Shown here in pieces: positions 46,186 to 50,706 of a stretch of DNA of 50,706 bases. Position numbers and translations under genes: made by a program. The first letter of the stretch is position 1. Each line of letters begins with the position of its first letter. The notes under the pieces were generated by a model. That model had not been told where the DNA came from and ran no database searches. It saw only the letters and a program-made list of their open reading frames with translations. Origin of the DNA: Methanosarcinales archaeon (GTDB taxonomy: Bacteria; Chloroflexota; Anaerolineae; Anaerolineales; E44-bin32); assembly GCA_048629905.1 (NCBI GenBank), contig JAIWHF010000001.1:1-50706 (forward strand), written 5' to 3'.

Positions 46186-47622
46186 TCATTGTGACTCAGA
46201 ACCCGACTGCATTAGTCCAGCAGCGCGCTCGAAAGCAGAGAGTATCTTATAGTAACCGGTGCAGCGGCACAGGTTACCTGTAATCGCCTGCTGGATCGAA
46301 AATATATCAGGCTCGGGCTGTTCTTCGAATAATTTAGCCCCCGCCATCAAGAACCCCGGTGTGCAATATCCGCATTGCACTGCACCTTCATCAATAAAAG
46401 CTTGCTGCAGCGGATGCAGCTTGTCATCCTGACTAAGCCCTTCGATGGTAACGATCTCTGCCCCGTGCGCCCGCGGTGCGGGCACCATACAAGCCATCAC
46501 CGCCACACCGTCGAGATAAACTGTGCAAGCACCGCATTCACCTTCCGCACAGCCCTCCTTCGTGCCGGTTAATCCCCCTTCCTCACGCAAGAGACGCAGA
46601 AGGGTCTTATTAAACCCGCTCTTGAAGCGATGCGGCTTCCCATTGATGGTCGTCTCGATCGTTACGTCTTGATGATGTTCCATGGAGTCCAATAGGGGTT
46701 GAATCGGTTGAACTCCCGATCTTCCCCGCAGCATCACTGGATTCTCGGGGAAGCCCTCTCGCTCGCTTTCATTATTAATCTGCCGCAACGCCCGGAGTGT
46801 GCAAACTCGCACCATCTCCTGGCGGTATCCTGCGCTTCCCCGTAAATCGTCAATAGGGCGAGCTGCAAGCCCAGCAAGTTCGGCAGCCTTTTCGATGACA
46901 TCAGGTTGGAGTTCCTTTCCTATCAGGAAAGTCTCTGCCTCCGTCGCGTGGATGATCGTCGGTGCCACTGAGCCAAGCGTGATTACCGAGTGTTCAATTT
47001 GCCCCTCCGTAATCAATAGCACTACGGCTGCGTTTACGACCGAAATCGCCTGCGCTCTACGCAACCCGAGTTTTATAAACGTGCTTCGAGCATTTTCTGC
47101 GAGGACCGGGAAGGCGATGTCGCTCATCAGCTCCCCGTCCTTCATGACTGTTTTTCGTACGCCGGTGTAGAAATCCTCAATCGGTACTGTGCGTTCCCCC
47201 TCCACAGAGAGCAAAGTGAGCCGTGCTCCCAGCGCCATGAGCGGCGGGATGGCGTCGTTGGCTGGCGAGGCGGTGATGATATTCCCGGCGACTGTTCCGC
47301 GGTTGCGGATTTGGGGTGCGCCCACCTGCCAACAGGCTCGCGCCAGTGTGAACCCTTTTTGTTGAATGAGCTCTGACCCGGCACAATGGTTGTGCGTCAC
47401 CAAAGGACCGAGGTGGACCCAACCGTCATCATCAAGCGTAATCATATCCTGACCCGGTATACGTGAAATATCGATTAATAGTTCCACACCCGGTCGTTGT
47501 CCGCGTTCCAATTCAAGGATCAGATCGGTTGCCCCGGCGACGATTCGAGCTCTCTCATTGTGTGCCGCTAGCAGTTCCACGGCTTCCTGCAATGTCGAGG
47601 GGGTGTAATAACGCGTCCACAT
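46186..47622 (-). CDS. Fused FAD-binding (CoxM/XdhB-like) and [2Fe-2S] (CoxS/XdhC-small-like) subunit of a molybdenum hydroxylase
   Basis: N-terminal FAD_binding_5 pattern (RIVAGATDLILELE, IRNRGTVAGNI). C-terminal ferredoxin-like GCAEGECGACTV and the second cluster CGYCTPGF...CRCTGY. Confidence 0.9.
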   Translation of the reverse strand: MWTRYYTPSTLQEAVELLAAHNERARIVAGATDLILELERGQRPGVELLIDISRIPGQDMITLDDDGWVHLGPLVTHNHCAGSELIQQKGFTLARACWQVGAPQIRNRGTVAGNIITASPANDAIPPLMALGARLTLLSVEGERTVPIEDFYTGVRKTVMKDGELMSDIAFPVLAENARSTFIKLGLRRAQAISVVNAAVVLLITEGQIEHSVITLGSVAPTIIHATEAETFLIGKELQPDVIEKAAELAGLAARPIDDLRGSAGYRQEMVRVCTLRALRQINNESEREGFPENPVMLRGRSGVQPIQPLLDSMEHHQDVTIETTINGKPHRFKSGFNKTLLRLLREEGGLTGTKEGCAEGECGACTVYLDGVAVMACMVPAPRAHGAEIVTIEGLSQDDKLHPLQQAFIDEGAVQCGYCTPGFLMAGAKLFEEQPEPDIFSIQQAITGNLCRCTGYYKILSAFERAAGLMQSGSESQ

Positions 47623-47631
47623 ATTACGTCT

Positions 47632-48453
47632 CTACCTGCCCTTCCCTTTGCGAGGGCGTTTTGGCGAATGTGCCATTCTTTCACCAGTTCCACCGTGGCG
47701 CAACATGATGATCTGTGCCAGAACGGACACCGCTATCTCCTCCGGCGTTTCAGCGTTTAATTCCAGCCCTATGGGCGACGTCACGCGGGCGATTTTATCC
47801 TCCGGCACGCCTCGCTCGCGTAAAGCCTCCACAGTAGTCTCCCATCGACGCCGCGACCCTATCACCCCGATGTACGCCGCTGAGGTCTCCAACAGCGCCG
47901 GTAGACCCTCAACATCCACATCGACGCCGCGCGTAGTCAAAACCAAGTAGGTACTCTCGTGGATGTCCACATGCTCGGGCAATTCCTTCAGAGAGCAGGA
48001 GAAATGCGCGTCGGCATCCGGATGATTTTCCGGAGTGGCAAAATCCGCCCGATCATCGGCGACAACCACACGAAACCCAAGCCACTTGGCAAGGTGTACG
48101 ATGGCTTTCCCGACATGACCTCCACCGGCTACAACAAGGGTTTCATTGGCTTTGATCGGTTCAATAAACACCTCTGCCTCGCCTCCACAAATGCCCACAT
48201 CCCCTTTTTCAGGATCGCGGAAAGCATACACAATCGACCGCGTTTCTCCATCCTTTAGCGACTCTAGCGCTTCGGCGACCACGCGGCTTTCCATCTCACC
48301 GCCACCGATCGTTCCATCAATACGACCATCGGGGAAAACAACCATCTTGCTGCCGGCCCGTCGCGGCACTGCGCCCTGGGTTCGAATCACCGTCGCCAAT
48401 GCCGCTGCTCCCCCTTTGCTCTCAAGCTCTGCCAGCGTCTGGTAGATACCCAC
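47632..48453 (-). CDS. XdhC/CoxI family molybdenum hydroxylase maturation protein
   Basis: AALATVIRTQGAVPRRAGSKMVV..DGRIDGTIGGGEMES plus a Rossmann-like VVAGGGHVGKA. Uses a GTG start. Confidence 0.85.
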   Translation of the reverse strand: MGIYQTLAELESKGGAAALATVIRTQGAVPRRAGSKMVVFPDGRIDGTIGGGEMESRVVAEALESLKDGETRSIVYAFRDPEKGDVGICGGEAEVFIEPIKANETLVVAGGGHVGKAIVHLAKWLGFRVVVADDRADFATPENHPDADAHFSCSLKELPEHVDIHESTYLVLTTRGVDVDVEGLPALLETSAAYIGVIGSRRRWETTVEALRERGVPEDKIARVTSPIGLELNAETPEEIAVSVLAQIIMLRHGGTGERMAHSPKRPRKGKGR

Positions 48454-49796
48454 TAACCCTCCAAAAGCGCCAGAATTACAGGGACCAACTGCTTTTTTCG
48501 AGAGACCACACCGCGAGCCTCGTACGTTTCATCTGGTAGACGCTTATATGGCAGCTCATAAAGAAGCGCGGGAGCTCTGCGGATTACGATCCGGCTCGAA
48601 CCGTCCACAATATCGGTCACCATTAGAAGTGCAAAACTCAAACCGCGTCCTTCGATGAGCTTGTCCAGCGCGTCTTTGAGCCCTGAAAGATGATCATCCA
48701 CTTCACGAAGATCGGTCACTTCAGCCTGAGCAATCCCAAATTTTAATCCGGCGGATTCATAAATTTTCAAGTCGCTCGAAATAACATCGTCGGGTTCACG
48801 TGACGCGAGCCCGGCTGCTGCTTTAAGCACCGCCTCACCGAAGCTCTCAGTAGACTCGTTCTCCAATGGAGAACCGCCAACGAAAGCCCACCGGCCAAGG
48901 CGTTCACATGCACGGTGATCGCGATCGGTAGTTGTTGGGGAGTTTAGGCGAAGCGTATCCGAGAACACCCCGGCAAGGAGCAACCCGGCGATTGCAGGCG
49001 GTGCGCTCATGCCATTGTCCTCGATCCGTTCGGAGACCAGCGTGCTTGTGCTCCCAACCGGGTCCACACGGAATCGAATAGGCAGCCGCGTTGGCGGATT
49101 GTTCACGCGATGGTGATCCAGAACTTCAAGAAGATCGGCTTCATCCAGTGATCGGATCGACTGACTTACTTCATTGTGATCAACAAGAATGACCTGGAGC
49201 CGCGGCGGATTGAGCAAATCCCGCTGCCGGCATATACCGACATAGCGCCCATCCTGATCAACCACCCAGAAATCATTGCGTTCTTCGCGCAGCACTCTGG
49301 GGAGCCCCTCACGTATTCGCGAACTGGAGAGGAATTTCGGCACATCGGTGTCAGCCACTTCCCTGCACGGTTGATCGAAGAGTTCCTGAAGACGGATATC
49401 CTGTAACTCTAGTCTTGGTCCCACCAAATTGCTCAGGGATCGAAATAAGCTGAACCCCGAGATAAGGCCGAACGGTATCCCATCAGAATCAACAACCGGC
49501 GCTACCGTTCCTGTTCGATTGGCGATTGCCCACGCATCACGCAACGTTTGATCCGGCGTAACGGTGTCATATCTATGAACGACAACCTCGAAACGGGGCG
49601 AAGCATCAGCCAGAAACTCAGGAGGAGACAATTCCAGCCGGTCGAGAACCCATGCCGTCTGTGCGTTAACTGGGCCGGCGCGAGCAGCGACAACTTCGCC
49701 GTCGCCCTTTGCATTCCGGAACCAGGCATAACCAATAGCAGATGCGATCGCATCGGTATCCGGGTTAACATGTCCAACGACGTAGATCTTGCTCAT
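48453..49796 (-). CDS. DHH/DHHA2 family II pyrophosphatase-like protein with inserted CBS domains
   Basis: VGHVNPDTDAIASAI and LVDHNE (family II PPase DHH motifs), an internal CBS-pair-like ~120 aa, and a C-terminal DHHA2-like region. Confidence 0.7.
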   Translation of the reverse strand: MSKIYVVGHVNPDTDAIASAIGYAWFRNAKGDGEVVAARAGPVNAQTAWVLDRLELSPPEFLADASPRFEVVVHRYDTVTPDQTLRDAWAIANRTGTVAPVVDSDGIPFGLISGFSLFRSLSNLVGPRLELQDIRLQELFDQPCREVADTDVPKFLSSSRIREGLPRVLREERNDFWVVDQDGRYVGICRQRDLLNPPRLQVILVDHNEVSQSIRSLDEADLLEVLDHHRVNNPPTRLPIRFRVDPVGSTSTLVSERIEDNGMSAPPAIAGLLLAGVFSDTLRLNSPTTTDRDHRACERLGRWAFVGGSPLENESTESFGEAVLKAAAGLASREPDDVISSDLKIYESAGLKFGIAQAEVTDLREVDDHLSGLKDALDKLIEGRGLSFALLMVTDIVDGSSRIVIRRAPALLYELPYKRLPDETYEARGVVSRKKQLVPVILALLEG

Positions 49797-49873
49797 TCTG
49801 ACTCTACTCCACCGTTTTTATTGATGCCGCTGGTTGTGATTCCTATCATACTATGCACATCCGCTCGAAGGGA

Positions 49874-50706
49874 TCATTCTTGCGATTTCAAGGCGCTCCA
49901 TACGCGTTCGGGCGTGACGGGCGCGATCAGCACATCCGCACCACAGGCATCCATGACCGCATTCGCAACCGCGGGTGCAACTCCATTCATCGGGATCTCA
50001 GCAACAGCTTTCACACCGAAAGGATGGGATGTCTCGAACGTCTCCACAAAGATCGTCTCCAGATCTGGCATCTCGTGCGCGGCGAAGATATGATAATCCC
50101 GGAAGTCCACCTCACGCGGACGACCGTCTTCATCATAGAGCATTTCCTCACACACGGCATAGCCAAGCGCCTGCGTCATGCCGCCTTCGACCTGCCCGGA
50201 TGCTGTCAGCGGGTTAACGATCACGCCCGAATCAACAGCCATCAACAACTTATCGACGATCACTTGTCCAGTCTCGACATCGACCGTCACCTCCGCAAAT
50301 TGGGCGGCGAAGGGCGGCGGAGCGACAGGAGATACAAAGGAACCGACGCCCATAATCTGCTCCTGATCTTCGTGGTGCAGAGCGTTGAGGGCAATCTCCT
50401 CCAAGGTGATGGATCGCCCATCGGGTGACCAGGCACATCGATCTCGCAGCACAATTTCATCCAGCTGGATCGTCTTTTTCTCCGTCCCCAGCATGCGTGC
50501 GGCGCGGTGGCGAATTCGCTCCGCCACTTTCTGGGCAGCGTCTACAACAGCCGCGCCGGAGATATAGGTCGTACTCGAGGCGTATGCGCCCTTATCGAAT
50601 GGGGTGAAATCCGTATCCGAAGAGTAGACGATGATATCTTCAACAGGAACGCCCAGGACTTCAGCCGCTAACTGAGCAAGGACCGTGTCCGAACCAGTGC
50701 CCAGGT
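49874..50706 (-). CDS. Second xanthine dehydrogenase family molybdopterin-binding subunit (C-terminal part; 5' end lies beyond the window)
   Basis: The frame stays open to the window edge. Translation reads LGTGSDTVLAQLAAEVLGVPVEDIIVYSSDTDFTPFDKGAYASSTTYISG...VNPLTASGQVEGG...GVKAVAEIP, typical of the XDH-family C-terminal Mo-binding domain. Confidence 0.85.
   Translation of the reverse strand, partial: LGTGSDTVLAQLAAEVLGVPVEDIIVYSSDTDFTPFDKGAYASSTTYISGAAVVDAAQKVAERIRHRAARMLGTEKKTIQLDEIVLRDRCAWSPDGRSITLEEIALNALHHEDQEQIMGVGSFVSPVAPPPFAAQFAEVTVDVETGQVIVDKLLMAVDSGVIVNPLTASGQVEGGMTQALGYAVCEEMLYDEDGRPREVDFRDYHIFAAHEMPDLETIFVETFETSHPFGVKAVAEIPMNGVAPAVANAVMDACGADVLIAPVTPERVWSALKSQE

Noticed and set aside
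1-50706. Searched by eye for CRISPR arrays, rRNA genes, integrases or phage modules, toxin-antitoxin pairs and defence-island genes.
   Set aside because: None was found. The only mobile element is the IS110-family insertion, and the only RNA gene confidently identified is tRNA-Leu.

Overview
This 50.7-kb window looks like ordinary chromosomal DNA of roughly 55% GC. Gene content suggests a Chloroflexota or Anaerolineae-like bacterium: Pro/Thr-linker lipoproteins, a giant SecA, leaderless promoters and selenium-dependent molybdenum hydroxylase markers. That taxonomic call is inference only. All protein calls come from motifs I recognise by eye, because no database search was possible.

About 48 credible CDS are present.
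- 122-1856: small DUF genes and an SDR oxidoreductase.
- 1963-6792: a two-component signalling cluster with two histidine kinases, three receiver proteins and one receiver-ParA/CpaE-like ATPase.
- 7058-9158: a double-HTH protein, a TPR protein and a GNAT acetyltransferase.
- About 9357-11147: an IS110-family insertion sequence lying against a REP-like palindrome.
- 11184-19868: genes for DsbA-like, DUF554, PduO-type adenosyltransferase, ComEA, DUF3179, MutM, MBL hydrolase and adenosine deaminase proteins.
- 19992-24332: a 1339-aa SecA and tRNA-Leu(UAA).
- 24421-33273: cell-wall and envelope genes, a MoeB-rhodanese protein and several hypotheticals.
- 33383-39277: rny-recX-recA-aspS on the minus strand.
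- 39521 to the window end: a minus-strand selenium-dependent molybdenum hydroxylase (xanthine dehydrogenase family) cluster.

The most noteworthy observations are these.
1. The DUF3179 gene is split in the ORF track by a single in-frame TGA. That TGA sits at the first position of a CxxC-type motif and is followed by a SECIS-like hairpin, so this is a candidate selenoprotein.
2. The IS110-family recombinase has long, highly structured non-coding flanks that are candidates for a bridge or seek guide RNA. It sits next to a palindromic repeat that also occurs unoccupied at 25.45 kb.
3. A textbook 1:2/2:3/3:4 attenuator lies upstream of aspS. It carries an apparently leaderless 28-codon leader ORF containing N-N-N-P-D-P-N.
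4. The YqeB and YqeC-MocA cluster embeds an uncharacterised 568-aa protein with a nucleoside-phosphorylase-like C-terminus.

No CRISPR array, rRNA or prophage was seen.
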